A DNA stretch of 61,139 nucleotides, the filler included, from Sphacelaria rigidula (Eukaryota): NCBI GenBank assembly GCA_964200075.2. It is 8 parts of 8 records of this genome, joined end to end, with 100 filler letters (N's around TTAATTAATTAA, not from the genome) between each part and the next. Parts side by side here need not be neighbours in the genome. Positions count along the whole stretch, not along the records: positions 7,656 to 15,210 come from CAXNAA020014352.1; positions 15,311 to 22,865 come from CAXNAA020014353.1; positions 22,966 to 30,520 come from CAXNAA020014354.1; 5 more parts are not named here. One strand, given 5' to 3'. Shown here piece after piece: positions 11,480 through 24,260 of this stretch (position 1 is its first letter; each line of letters opens with the position of its first letter). A program made the position numbers and the translations under genes. The notes below the pieces were generated by a model that worked only from the letters and a program-made list of their open reading frames with translations, ran no database searches and was not told where the DNA came from.

Positions 11480-13585
11480 TGAATACGGTCGCCATTAATT
11501 TGATACCGTCTGCTGATAGGGTGTGTCCTAGGACTTCAACTTCCTTTGGTCCACACTTTACTTTTGCCGGTTTCACGGTGAGGCCCGCTGCATGCAGCGC
11601 GTTGAACATGTCCTCAAGTACAGTCAGATGGCTTTCGCAAGAAGAACATGCGATCAAATCGTGCATGTACACCAAAAGGCCGCTTCTCAGTCCAAAGTGT
11701 GAGAAAATGAGAGCCAATATTCGTGAAACAATTAATGGGGATGCGCTAATTCGAACGGGACGCGATTAAATACCCGTTTACGTTTGCTCGTGACGAAGTC
11801 TTCTCCTTTTCTTCTTCTGCTATAGGGGTTTGGTGGAATGCACTCTGCACATCAAAGACAGAAATGTACTTTGCTCCCACCACTGTGTCAATATGGGATA
11901 CCATGCGATGCTTTGGCCATGACTTACCAACCACACTTTTGTTGAGTGTAGCCTATAATCTACGTAAAATCGAGCCGTACCATGACTTTTAGCGTTAGTA
12001 GTCACCGCAGAGCCCCAAGGGCTAGCGCTTTGCTCAACGATACCGTCTCTTTCCATTTCGTGTACACATTTTTCGATGACCTCTTGTACCGTTGGGTTGG
12101 CTCTGTAGGGCGGTCTGTCAACTGATTGTGTATCCTGCTGGAGTAGAAATGTAGCTTCAACTATTGGTCAGCATTCTAACTCCTGCGGGGAAAGCGAAAC
12201 GGTTGCTCGGTATTTACTGCACAGATCGAGGATTTTCTCTCTTTGTTCCGGCAAAACTGCGGAGTCTGTAAAGCATTTTTGAACGCCTTCTCCAACTTTC
12301 GACGTGTGTCATTTGTTTCATGTTTGTTTTCGGCGACTGCACTGCTTGTATTTGTCGTCTTACATTGTTCGAACCTCTGACGTAGGGGCGATGTATCGTA
12401 ACAGAGTGTTACGTTCCATACGGACGTGCCTCTTAGATGGATTAGCTACCTGGACCATAGCTGGTTTATTCACTGCTGACCATATGCAGACTGTTCGGGC
12501 CACGATCAGTCGTTTGAAAGCCCAGGGTGTGTCGAATGATTGAACGTGTCGTTCCGTGACTATACGCGGCTGAGTAATTGTCGTTGGTGTCACTTCAGGG
12601 GGTTCATTCGACTCGTCATGAAAGACCATCTCAATTTGCGGAGGAACAACATATTTTGTTCTGATATACTGGAACAAGGCGCCGCAGCTTCTACTCTAAC
12701 AATGGAACATGTGTCATGTCCCCTGCGTGTAGAGTTACTTTGCTCGTTCCATCTCTCGTGTGTGCCTTTGATACGAACATTGGAATTTCGGAACGATAAT
12801 GTCTCGGGTACCCAGTCTAGAATGCTTCTAAATGCTCCCATCAGTGAACTATCGACCAGCATGTAGTCGGGGTCCGAATGCCCTGAAACAAATCATTCAA
12901 CGGGCAGTGTTTTCCCGTCGAACGTGAGGTCGAAACGGATTAAACCCACTCCTTTGATGGGTGAATTTTCCGCGCTTCTAAGATCAAACGATCCGCATGA
13001 AAACCGTTTGATGTCCGCTGTACTTAGAGTAGGATGCAAACGGATGACCTTTGGGTTGATGATAAGCAGGGCGGAGGCCGAATCTATGGTCAGAGCTTCC
13101 ACTTCAATATCACTCGCTCTAGCTGGTACTTGAACTCATACTGAAGCTAGATGTATCGTGGTGGGTCCCTTCGGGTACCGTGCTAACGATGACATGTGGG
13201 AAGCTGTAAACGCTTGAGCGTCGGGAGTCAAGCATTTCGATGGCCGTTGTGCATTGATCTTGCATGACGGTTGAGCTATGAAAGTTGTCGGCGGAACACT
13301 TTCTGAGTACGACGGCTGGCTACACAGCACCACTTTTCGACTTGTATTGCTCACTTTGAGCTTCTGCTTGACTCTATCATGTACTCTCGCTACTTCTTTG
13401 TGGGACTTCGCACTAGATCTCACTGAAGGGGCTACTGTACTTCCAGAAAGCCGCATATGTTTCTGATTTTACCAACCAGAGCGTCTTCCCTCGGTATATT
13501 GCTACTCAGCGTCATGCGTGCTACCTGCGTCGTCTTCAGCGTCGACTGTGCTACGGTAGTTGCCCTTTTCGTTGAACGTACTTTG

Positions 13586-13842
13586 GAGTAATGCTACGGT
13601 AGGGGTGCACGTTTTGCGCAAACTCTTGTCTGGTCAAGGAGCTCCTAAACATTTTAGATGCACAAGAATATGAGTCAGGGCATCCCCTCGTGCAAATTCA
13701 TTTGGGATATCCCTAGCACATTGAAAGAGTAATCCTGGCGTACTTTCATATATTTCATGATATCGTCTTTTGGATGAGATGAAGGGCTCCTAACAATTCT
13801 AACCTCAGAAAATTATTGTGCACCCCTACCGGAGCATCGCTC
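13586..13842. mobile_element. MITE family B inserted between gag and protease
   Basis: TIRs GAGTAATGCTACGGTAGGGGTGCAC / GTGCACCCCTACCGGAGCATCGCTC. Flanks TTTG/TTTA. Confidence 0.8.
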
Positions 13843-15376
13843 TTTACCCTGGCCGAGCGAGAGATCCTGTGCTAGGCACCTTCAAAAGCCAAAGGCGGTT
13901 CATTCCTCCCCGCGCTTCTTGGTCGACTGACAGTTTCTTATCGCACCTTTTGTTTTATATGTATTTACCAAATTTTTAAGAGCATGGCTGCCGAACGTCT
14001 TGACCCGCGGAGGATCTAAAATTACTGGGAATGTTTCTACTAGATCTGCCTCTTGGCTCAAAACGTCCACGTTTCCCGCCATCGTTGGTTCCAGCTGCTT
14101 ATCCTTGCGTTTCTGTCGAGGCTGATGTGCGTTTGTGCGATCTTCCTCGTTCTGAAGTGCGGTGTCTCTTCTCAAGGAGTATGTCCATTTGTCTGTCCAG
14201 ATCAGCCACGGTTCCCGCGAGCTGTGCAGTTGGGGTTTTCGCGGCAGATGAGACGTGGGAAGCGGGGATCACGTTTTCATGTGCCGAACCGCGCAAGCTG
14301 TTTGCTTCGTGTTTTTTTGCCCTTGCTCGTGCTATCTGAAACCTATGGGTGGAGTCTTCTCTGATTCTTTCACCCTGGTTTGGGGCGACAAACCTGCTTC
14401 TAAAGCTGCTGTCTGAGTGACCCCTCGCGCAATACTGACCGGGTCCCCGCCTTTCGGTGTCACTCGGGCACCATCGGCATAAAAACGAGAGTGACTAATG
14501 CCAAGATGACCTCCCCACAAAAAATTCACCGGAAACCGTCCGAAAAACCGGCTGCGATCCCACTATTGGGCTCGTCTGCAGCGATTTTACCTACATGATA
14601 GGCGTGTAGTAGTCCGAAATCAGCTATAGCGCCTAAATAAGTGGCGTCGTGCAGCACGAAACCAGCTCTACCGGCGTTCATGATCATCGCCTCCGTAGCA
14701 CGATTTTGGCCGGTTCGGGGGGGGCTATCTCGGCAGCGATCGAATGTGCTTTGGCCATCTCAAGTGCATATGGGTCTTTGGTTTGATCCTCTTTGTACTT
14801 TAGTTCAGCTCTAGCTCTTGATATAATGGCGATACGGTTTGGGGGCGAGTACAGGTTGGTGTATGCGTCCACCCACCGGTTCCAAGATGTTGGGGGTCGA
14901 GTATGTACATCTTCACCTTGCGCAGGAAGCTGCTCACGCTGTACTTCTCTGCGCCATTCTAGTGTGCCAGTTGTTAGATCGGAGTACGCGTCAAGTGCTG
15001 TACCCAGGAGTAGGAGCTGTAGACATTTGATGCACCTTTAGTCGATTACCTCTGAACTACCTGGTCACAAGACTTGAGTTACGCTCTCGATTTGTATTCG
15101 CGCATGATATTTGGGACACTTTCTACGATACACCCCACACACCCCCACCCCCCCCCCACCGTGCCCGCTCCTACGACTGAGACACGCGCAACTCTTCCGC
15201 CAGAAACTGANNNNNNNNNNNNNNNNNNNNNNNNNNNNNNNNNNNNNNNNNNNNTTAATTAATTAANNNNNNNNNNNNNNNNNNNNNNNNNNNNNNNNNN
15301 NNNNNNNNNNAGCACTGTTTTCGAGTTGAAACTCATTAAAATGTTGAACCTCAATAACGAATCCAAGCTGTTTATA

Positions 15377-16259
15377 CCTTCTCGTTTTTTGCCTTAGAAA
15401 GGCACGGAAAATGGCCAGAAACGCGAAAACAGTCAAACACGTCATTTTGATCATTTTCGCTCCGAATTTTTCACGCACATCATTCGGGAGGGCCATTGAC
15501 ACCCGAGCCTCGAAAAAAACGGGGGGGGGAAATGGGGTCAAGGCTAGGCATCGACACAATAAGTGGACTCACAACTTACAGCGCGTCGGTTTCTTGTGAT
15601 CGGGTGGGTTGTGGATCAATGTTGTACTTTTGCGATCTCGGGGCTGGTGTCAGGTTCAAGCTAGGCTCTATCACCACCAACGGGCGGTCGTCGCATCATC
15701 GATGGTTGGTTCAAGCAACGGATACAGTATTGGTCGTCACATTTATAGAGATAGGGACAGAACAGTAATAGCGGAGAGACTGGGGAACCATTTCCGGGGA
15801 GAAAGGGGCGTGGTCGTTGCGGCGTCGGCGAACGGCAAATGAGCGGGAAAAGAGCCGAAGGTGTGGGCGCCATGGTTGGAATTGGCGTGTAGAATCCATT
15901 GCGCGCGATGTGCCGCATCAGGTACAGTGTAGAGAGCGATGGCCTAGCACAGGTACGTTCGCGGCCGATCGGTGGCGCAGATGAGGTACGATTGAAAAAG
16001 AATTCCTAGATCAGGTATACCTGGGCGAAATTTGGCCTACATAAGGTAGGCGGTTTCTGGAGGCGAGACCTCCGTTTCGCGTGGCCATATCTCCCGAGTA
16101 ACATGTTTTTTCCCGTTTTTTTTCGAGGCTCGGGTGCCAATGCCCCCCCCCAATGATGTGCGTGAAGAATTCGGAGCGAAAACGGTCGAAATGGCGTGTT
16201 TGACTGTTTTCGAGTTTCTCGCCATTTTTCGTACCTTTCTTGGGCAAAAAACGAGAAGG
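15377..16259. mobile_element. Non-autonomous DNA transposon with ~150-bp TIRs and TA flanks (Tc1/mariner-type TSD)
   Basis: 15377-15525 (CCTTCTCGTTTTTTGCC...CCCGAGCCTCGAAAAAAACGGG) is the reverse complement of ~16112-16259. TA immediately flanks both ends. A related diverged terminus lies at ~35709-35790. Confidence 0.85.
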
Positions 16260-18435
16260 TACACCTTTTCTGGGCCATTGCTATTTTATTTGTGCTGAAA
16301 TTTCAAGTCGCTCTAACTTTCTGTGCCTTTTTTCTTTACTGCTTCGAATATGCTCCGCGTATTGATAATGAAAATCTCCTGTCAAAATTCCGGCACCTCA
16401 ATCCTTTTCATTAAGCGGCGCGTCACCTGCCAACCGTGAACAGGGAGCGTGCCTTGCCCAGCTCGTCAAGCACTACGAGTACCACACATGAGGGGGAAAG
16501 GAAGGGAAAGGAGACGCGTACACCGGGGAAAAAAAAATCCGGTACCACTCAACTGTGCTACAGTACAGTACATCTAAACGAACAACGTTCGCTAAATCAA
16601 ATCAACGAATTCGAAGACCCCTGTACGGTACCGTTTACATCACCACCGTCCTGTCCGCGTGTGCTGTATGTACTGTGTGCATAGATTAAACAAACGAAAA
16701 AAGCAAGAGGAAACACCGTGTGGTTCCCGCGGCAAAGAAGTAGAATAAAAGGGATGAAAACTGTCCGCATATAGGGCTAACCTTAAACGAGCATGTACAT
16801 GTAGCCATGACTCTTAGAAAGTTCCCGATGCAAACTTAAAATCCATACAAAAAACCATGTGTATGAAATGCTTTGCCGGCCGTGAAATACGTGCAATATT
16901 CTCCGAAACCGATTAAATTTTTTATCTTGATCCCTCCGTCTACACCTGCAACAGCGGTAATTACACGTTTTATTCTCCTTTATGAAAGGGTCACCAACAC
17001 GGGGAACGGGTCAACGACCACACGTTGCAGCAGCGCCTATGCGCGGTGCTGAGAAAACAACAATTCCAACACGAGGCAAGTTCGAATGTGTTCCACAGCT
17101 CAAAACACACACAAAAAATTACACAAGCATACATGCAGAGAAAAAAACGTCCAGCATAAGCTGTAGTACACGTGCAAAAATACGCAAGACTTGAATAACG
17201 TCTGGTGAGCACACTCGAAACGGAGTTCAAGCGTTAATCCATGGCTACACGCCTCTGCAACAAAGACAGTCGACATAAACGACGAGAAGTCCCCCCCCCC
17301 GAAAATACCCGCCTGTCATACCCTGGTGCACTGTTGTACTGTACCGCACCCATCACTAACCCAACCCAACAACGCACAGGGATGCATAGAGCACGGAGCA
17401 GCGAAAAGTGAAAAAAATGTTAAATATGCGAATGCATATATATTGATCCCCGTTTATAACGCACGAATTCTTGAGAGGGGTGAATCTAACACAAATCTAA
17501 GTCATCATCAACCGTAGATCCCCAGGTAGTCGCTGCCATGACAGCATGAGGATGACCACCCACGGGCTTGTCCTTTGCTCGCCCAATTACACAGAGAGTG
17601 CATGTACTTGCCACCTGGCACAGCAACATCACCAAGCATAAAAAATCGATCCCAGATCCATTCAACATTCGAACATTCCCTCACCTCTATTCAGGCATCC
17701 TCATAATACTGGGGAAGCCGACTCCTCAATACAAGTATAATTATTTTTTTCCCAATCGCATCCCCCATTTTTGTTTTTGCTTCCTACAAACCAACAAGCA
17801 GCAAAACATAACGTATCCCACAGACTGACCGTGGCCAATTACGAAGCGGGAAACCAAAACCACGGAGGATTCTGCCCTGATGAGATATAATGACCCTGAA
17901 CTTAACTTTTACCTCCGCCAACCCCTCCTCATCCACTGGAGGTAATGTAAGCCCAAAGTGGCTGCGGGCAAGCCGGGGGTGAATTTCATTTTTTTGGCTT
18001 GATTCATTTATCGGGGATTATACCCCCACATCCCCGGTCTTCCCGTAAAAACAAGAACGAACCATTGTTTTTCGTTTTCTCGCTACATTTTTGATATTAC
18101 AACGAAGCAGAACCAAGTACACAATACGCCTAGCGTCAATAAGCACGGTGAGGGGTGTGGAGAAAAGAGGGCCGGGGGAGAAGTCGTGAGCCCTACCCCG
18201 ACACCACCCGGCCGGCAGTGAAATCGGGAGGGGAACTGCGTCTCACCCCGCGCAAACCTCACCAACGCTTCACCATTCGAGAAACCAACCCAGACCCGGG
18301 CGACCCGGCTTCACGATACGATCACTCAGAAATGGCGCCAGCCTCACCCATGCAGCGGCATCCATCTCCCGACCCTGATAGCCCCAGTGTGCTTCCCCAC
18401 AGTGTCACCTCCTCCTCTACCTCGATCCCATTTTC

Positions 18436-20286
18436 TTAAGCCACAAGTGGCTTGCCACGTTGCGGCGCCACAACCCCAACACTCGCCCCCCCCCCACGAC
18501 CGCCGCCGCTGCCACCGCCGCCGCCACCCGTCGCCGTCGCCGCATTCATACCCGCCGCATCCTTATTCCCCCAATACGACACAGCCCCGCCCGCGGCCCG
18601 CGGGACGGACATGAACGCCGCGGCGCCTAACTCGCCCAAACACCGACATACGGCCGCTAGGTCTCGGGCGGCATCCGGATGAGACGGTATGGACGGCACG
18701 CTGCCGCGGCCGGCAACCAAGATTCGCATAGCACCCTCCAAGCGGAGCCCCGTTGCGGACGCCATGCTGCCCTCCGCCGTTGCGGTAGGTAGCCCTCTTC
18801 CGCTGACGAGTCCTGTTGCCGCCGCTGTCGCCGGTTCGAATGCGTTCGGTGGTACCACTAACGACGTGGCCGACCCGGCAAGGCCGGCTGCCGCTGCGGC
18901 ACTTTGTGCGGCTCCAGCAGCCATGGACGCCACCACGCGAGCGGCCTTTTCCCGGCCACAGTCTTCAAGTCCTCCCCTCAGTGTCCCGTCAAGAAACTCA
19001 AGCTCCAAGAAGCGCCGCACGGGAATCGAGATCGCCATATTCGGTTGCAGCAGTAAGTCCGCCAGGAATCCGGACGCCGCGTCAACAGCGAGTACGTCGG
19101 CAGGCGCAAAATCCACGGCCACAACCCCAGCGGTGGGGGCGTTGCGTAGCATGGTGCAAAGGGCGGCGAGGTCGTCCCAGGTGCGACGAACTATGTGAGC
19201 ACCTCCGGAGCACCGCACGCGGAGGATGTAACTGGCCACGGCCGTCGGATGCGCCTGCGCGGAACACTGCTCGACGCTGAAGCAGATCAGGTCATGAGGC
19301 CGCGGCTCTCTCGAGAATACGCGACAGCAGTCGCCACTGAACGATTCGTCTGCGGAGGACTTGCTGTTGTTGGCTTGTAATGAGGTCGCCGTCGCCGCCC
19401 CAGGTGCGGCCGTGGGCGGCGCTTCCACGTGGTCCCATTGCTGCGTTAATGGCTGCACCAACATGCTCCACGACCTATAGCCTTCCGCCCCGCCGAACCC
19501 TGAATCTGCTGCCACACGTTCGCTTGCGCCTGGGGCCATGCCGATCTCTCTCTTGGTGGCCTTTCGAGATACCCCCCCCATCGGACTCCCATCCCCCGAA
19601 GATTGCCGCTTCCTGCGCGTTGTAGGCTTCTTGAGGACGTTTGTCGCCGTGGTGCAGCCGCCGTTGCCAACGACTCCGTTAACAGCATTCCCGCCGTTGA
19701 TTACGGACCCCACTGCGCTATCACGGACGGCGGCATCGCCAACAGCAGCACTACTACCCTTGGATTCCCACTCCCCCGAGGGCGCCGTATCGTCACTCGC
19801 CGAACCGTTGTCCGAACAATTACTCGTAGATGAGTTCCCAGATGAAACACTCTCGCCACCCAACCGCTCACGAAGGAAGACGTGTCGCTCGGGCAGGCAC
19901 GTGCCGACGGTGGCACCGATACCGGCGGCGGCAGCGGGGGCGGAAGCGGCAGTATACGCAGCAAGTTGTATCGGCTCCGATGCTATCGCGGGAGGGTTCG
20001 GGCAAGCAGACGGCGTTGCGGTTGTGGACGCCGACAGAGCGCCCATCGGGGTATGGTTGGTGGCGATAGGTGGTGTGGCGGCCACCGGCGCGGTGGCTGA
20101 GGCGGCGGAAGAGGCCGAGGCATTGGCGCCCATAGCCGCTAGATTATTGCTGCTAACATTGCCCCACGTGGGGAAGGGATTCTCGTTCGAAGCTGTGGGG
20201 TATTGGAGGTCGAGAACTTGCGTATTGAAGTCTCCATTGAAGAAGCCTTCGTTTGTGTCTGGTAGGTCAGGCAGGGGATCCAGATG
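18436..20286 (-). CDS. PX (Phox homology)-like domain protein, large terminal exon
   Basis: Acceptor TTTTATTATCCACAG|CATCTG, followed by 616 open codons with GC-rich coding bias. YILRVRC..GAHIVRRTWDDLAALCTML...GFLADLLLQPNMAISIPVRRFLEL fits the PX consensus (V.RRY.DF..L...L ... FL..LL......V..FL). The rest is low-complexity Ala/Ser/Gly. Confidence 0.75.
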   Translation of the reverse strand, partial: HLDPLPDLPDTNEGFFNGDFNTQVLDLQYPTASNENPFPTWGNVSSNNLAAMGANASASSAASATAPVAATPPIATNHTPMGALSASTTATPSACPNPPAIASEPIQLAAYTAASAPAAAAGIGATVGTCLPERHVFLRERLGGESVSSGNSSTSNCSDNGSASDDTAPSGEWESKGSSAAVGDAAVRDSAVGSVINGGNAVNGVVGNGGCTTATNVLKKPTTRRKRQSSGDGSPMGGVSRKATKREIGMAPGASERVAADSGFGGAEGYRSWSMLVQPLTQQWDHVEAPPTAAPGAATATSLQANNSKSSADESFSGDCCRVFSREPRPHDLICFSVEQCSAQAHPTAVASYILRVRCSGGAHIVRRTWDDLAALCTMLRNAPTAGVVAVDFAPADVLAVDAASGFLADLLLQPNMAISIPVRRFLELEFLDGTLRGGLEDCGREKAARVVASMAAGAAQSAAAAAGLAGSATSLVVPPNAFEPATAAATGLVSGRGLPTATAEGSMASATGLRLEGAMRILVAGRGSVPSIPSHPDAARDLAAVCRCLGELGAAAFMSVPRAAGGAVSYWGNKDAAGMNAATATGGGGGGSGGGRGGGASVGVVAPQRGKPLVA

Positions 20287-20632
20287 CTGTGGATAATAAA
20301 AACAGGACCAGCGGACGGTACAAGATACAGTACAGAGCAGTAGTAGGAAGAGACAGGAGTAACGGATGAGTACTATATCGCGGGGGGAGGGGAGAAGGTT
20401 GTACACAAGCAGTGGGTGCGGTTGGGGGAGCCTGCGTATATCGAAGAAAATTTACTGTACAGATAGGCTTTCTTGATCCAAAATGGATCTAACTGAAGTC
20501 GTACGCCACTGGTGCCCCCGCTACCAGTTACAAGCAGCACTTGCAAAACTCCTCTTCATGTTAATTAAGTTGTCACTGTGCTGTGCTGTACTGCACTACT
20601 GTTCGGTACGATATTGCTGACTGTGAGGCGAC

Positions 20633-20990
20633 GTGCACGTTTCAAAGACGACTCTGTAGCAATCGTGAGGAAGAGATTGAGAACAATGTACAACAAACAG
20701 CCTCCCTCATGATTACCACGTAAATCGCGGAGCGCCAGAGCGGTGAGGTTGGAATTTTTCATTCATTTGGTGGCGCCCACCACCATGCTGTAGTATTTAC
20801 TGTCTGTACGGGGACATACATGCACGTTTCAAGTTTTAAGCACGACTCTGTAGCAGCTGTGCAAGGAACGAGCACGCTGTACGCATCATTTCCCATCACC
20901 CAGTCGATCACTGGGCGCCCGAGGGGTAGGGGGTAGGGGGTAGGGTGGAAAATCTATTACATTCATTCGATGGTGCCCACTACCTAATAT
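20633..20990. repeat. Diverged ~190-bp tandem duplication in the PX intron, with a (GGGGTA)n G-run
   Basis: TGCACGTTTCAA..GACTCTGTAGCA...ATTCATT..GTG.GCCCAC.ACC occurs at ~20633-20785 and ~20821-20985. Confidence 0.6.
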
Positions 20991-21562
20991 GCCCACGAGG
21001 GCTGCCCTGTGTGTTACAGTGACCTGTGCAGTCTACTACTTACTCTTGCCAACGACCAACTTGATCTACAACACTCCAGACAGGGCAACCAGTAAACCGC
21101 AACACTAGTAGCAACGTGTGCATCCAACGAAAACCAAAATACAGTCCAGTCCAGCGCAAGGAAAGTGTGTGAGTACTTACGTGTCTCGAATGGTGTATCG
21201 AAAACGCATTGGGTATCACCAAGTACAAGGAAGCTTAGTGTAACCTTAGCATCCACTTCTCCCGAAGTCTACAGGCATCGGACACATAGCGCATCGCCTG
21301 AAGTCGTCACTGCTTGACGCCGAACAGCGACCGAGACAGCTTATCCGGAAGTTCAATGATGAAACGTGCCGAGGTTTGAGAAACTGAAACCAGGTTGTGC
21401 GGCGTGCAGAGCTCATAGAGCTTATCGAGAGAGCCCACCTTCAAAGTATCAGCTGCCCAGTCCACCATCTACACAACGCCACGTAAATTGCCCAACACAA
21501 ACTGCCCTCCATTCCGTCCGCCCTTGCATTGAATAAACCCATGATGCTCCCGGTTTACGTAC

Positions 21563-21706
21563 CTCGAGAATCTCGATAAAGTTCGACTGCCCCTGTTGCT
21601 GGAAGGCACTTTCATTCACCGCTCCTTGAGCGCCTCCCGCCGCTCCCCCCACATACTCCGTGAAATGCAGCGGGGAAAAGTAACCAGCGTCAATCCCTCC
21701 CACCAT
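21563..21706 (-). CDS. PX-domain protein, probable first exon (MVGGIDAGYFSPLHF...IEILE)
   Basis: ATG at 21706. Donor GAG|GTACGT at 21563/21562, phase 0, compatible with the acceptor at 20286. The start could lie further upstream. Confidence 0.6.
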
Positions 21707-22039
21707 GTGCTTACAATGTTCCGTGTTATTGGTTATGTTGCTGCTGATGATGTTGTTGTCCTTGGAACAGAAGTTCTTCACGGGGACATGTGGCCGGTGT
21801 TTTCGAGGTTGGTTTGGTGCAAAGTGACGAACGCTATCGTACTTGAGGTACAAAGTGCGTGTAGACTGACATACGCGCGGGCTGTTCGGGATTATTTGAA
21901 CCAATCATATCGAGAATGAAATATCCCGAACATAGCAAAAATAAGGGCCAATCGTTTAGTGATTGAAGCTTTTGACTGGACGTACTGTACAAGGAAGTTC
22001 AGGGAAGCAACTCGAGCGAAAGGAAATTTTCTGATTTAA

Positions 22040-22137
22040 CCCTTAGACCGCGAAGTTAGTCTTCTGTTGAATCGGCATCAATTTCAAGTGAAACAAAGTA
22101 TGCATGATCCAGAAAGACTAATCTCGCGGTCTAAGGG
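22040..22137. mobile_element. piggyBac-like MITE (family A), 98 bp, intact
   Basis: TTAA|CCCTTAGACCGCGA ... TCGCGGTCTAAGGG|TTAA: perfect 14-bp TIRs and a TTAA duplication. Confidence 0.92.
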
Positions 22138-24112
22138 TTAACCATTAGAAACCGAGGGACTGTAGTCCGTCTGCACCTGCTCCTGACTTTGGGCTGGATT
22201 GTTGCAATCAGCTAATGTGAGATAATCAATCAATCGATCAATCAATCAATCATGGATTGATTTTTCAAGTGACATTGACGGTGATTCAACAGGTGACATC
22301 GCGCCGTGTAAGGTTGAACACGGCATTTTACAGATGGAGGGTGTTTCGTTTTGAGGATGATGAATCTTGGGAACCTCTCGATGACAGACATCGCAACATT
22401 TTCGAAAAAAATAAAAGTGCACTACTACGGTATCCGGTCATGGTGTGTGGCTTCGTGGCTTCCCTCATCCTCAATAGAAAAACTCCCGCAAGTTGTGTAC
22501 TGATGGCCTGTCGACACGGGGTGACAGGGGATTCCAGCAGATACTATTTTTTTTGTAGGGGAATGAATGAAAGTGTGTGTTGTTACCATCCCATCAATTC
22601 TGGGCGCCAGTCTACACATATTTCGGTATATGTGGGTGCATAAGCTGCATGGGGTCACGCAGGAGGAAGGTCAACTCACGAGTTTTTTCTTTTTCCTTTT
22701 GTTTCAGTACTCCACCAATCTTCTGCAGTGCTTGACTTGTTTTTTTATTGATTGATTTCACAGGCACCGTAGGTGAGGTACCGTACCGAGCGTACCCCCG
22801 GTATTTACGGAGGTTTCCCATACCGTGGTCTACGTAGGTATCGTAGGTATGAGATTTCAAAATACNNNNNNNNNNNNNNNNNNNNNNNNNNNNNNNNNNN
22901 NNNNNNNNNTTAATTAATTAANNNNNNNNNNNNNNNNNNNNNNNNNNNNNNNNNNNNNNNNNNNNACCGTTCCTACTCCTAATAGAGACACCTCCAACAT
23001 TCTGGCGCTCATTACTTGGGGGGGGGGGTGTAGGCATGTCCTCGCATATCTACAAAGCCGGGACGGAGCACGACGGGTTTTCCCCGGATCAAGCCTGCCA
23101 TCAATCACCAAGCGCGAAGCGCCGTGATGCGTTCGGCGAGTCGCATGAAGGGTGACTTGCATCCTGCTGAGAGTGTTAGATCCGAAGCCTACTGATTATC
23201 TTGCATTCAGATAACAGCCTCGAATGACTTATGGTATCGCCACTTCCAGAGACAGCCATGGCCTATACACTTCCTCATGCCTGTCTAACCATACAAACAC
23301 TCCGTAGTACGATCATCCCCTTTGAGCGGGGGTAAGATTGTCCCACCCCGCACAACATGATCTAGATCGACCACCATCATGGTTAATGCAAAAAAAAACA
23401 CGCGATTGCGCAAAAACAGATCGGTAACCTGGGTTGCCTAGCTTACACAGTAAGTGGCGCGGTTTGCAGCGCCGTCGCCAACTGACGCGAACCCTCAGAG
23501 GGAAGCGGGGGTGGGGCGGGGCGGGGCGAGGGACGATGGCTCTCGATTCGTCTTCAGTGACCGTTATCAACCCCACAGAGCATATGGCCGTCAAGCAGTG
23601 CACATAGTCTGATGAAAGCTCTCCCTTTGCGGTATAGCACGGGAAGGGAAGGAATGGCGCCCGTACTCCCGCCACTACTTTCTGTGTAATAGCTGCACTT
23701 GATTGATAAGTTGGGCAAGCGGGTGCGTAGGTAAGGTACTGGAGTTGTCCTTTCGTTTCGATGCCCGTTTTTTGTGTCTGTGGGTGCTACGAGGGTGGGT
23801 CTTCGCCCTTTGTTTTCTTCACGTGACCGGGGCGTCGAACCTCACTAAAAACACGAGCACTCTACTGGCTGCTACGGCCGCGACTTGTGTTCGGGGCGGG
23901 GGGGGGGGGGGGCGTACTTTTTTTTTTTTTCTCTTTTGTTTTTCCCCTTTGCCCACNNNNTAGTTACTCATTTGTTGCTTGCCTTAGTCATTTGACCATT
24001 GACCACGCATCCCTTTCGAGACGGAGCACGCTGTTGTTTGTTGTGGTTTTCTGAATCGCTGTCGTCCTCGTCGTCCTCGTCGTTTTTGTTGTTGCTGCTG
24101 TTTAATAAATAG

Positions 24113-24205
24113 GTGCTGGAGGAGATTAAGAAGGACGGGCTTACTCCCGACACTGTGAGCTACAACACTGCTATCCATGCATGTGCGGTCGGCAACCAGT
24201 CGGAG
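24113..24205 (+). CDS. Pentatricopeptide repeat (PPR) protein, internal exon
   Basis: AATAG|GTG ... GAG|GTAAGG. Encodes VLEEIKKDGLTPDTVSYNTAIHACAVGNQSE. 93 nt, phase 0. Confidence 0.9.
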
Positions 24206-24229
24206 GTAAGGATGCCTGTATGCACGCAG

Positions 24230-24260
<31 letters not shown>

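Larger units (their letters stand above)
7900..15120 (-). mobile_element. Degenerate Ty3/Gypsy LTR retrotransposon (chromovirus-like): gag-PR-RT-RH-IN-chromodomain
   Basis: gag LQLLLLGTALDAY...SWNRWVDAYTNLYSPP (~15030-14700). Protease ALTIDSAS (~13100). RT SASPWGSAV...RFYVDYR, VFDVQSAFHQ, LLVYMHDLI (YxDD decayed), EVEVLGH. RH TNHAML...RWAIALQSYDL..H.PG..N.IPDTLS. IN H-H-C-C finger (WCRDCPPCQRRK), IDLV, PQGNS. Many stops and frameshifts. No LTRs inside the segment. Confidence 0.93.

Noticed and set aside
14565-14582. TGGGCTCGTC resembling a tRNA-Pro primer-binding site
   Set aside because: It is on the wrong strand for the minus-strand element and lies inside the gag region.
18452-20296. Plus-strand ORFs of 150-250 aa
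   Set aside because: Antisense shadows of the GC-rich PX exon.
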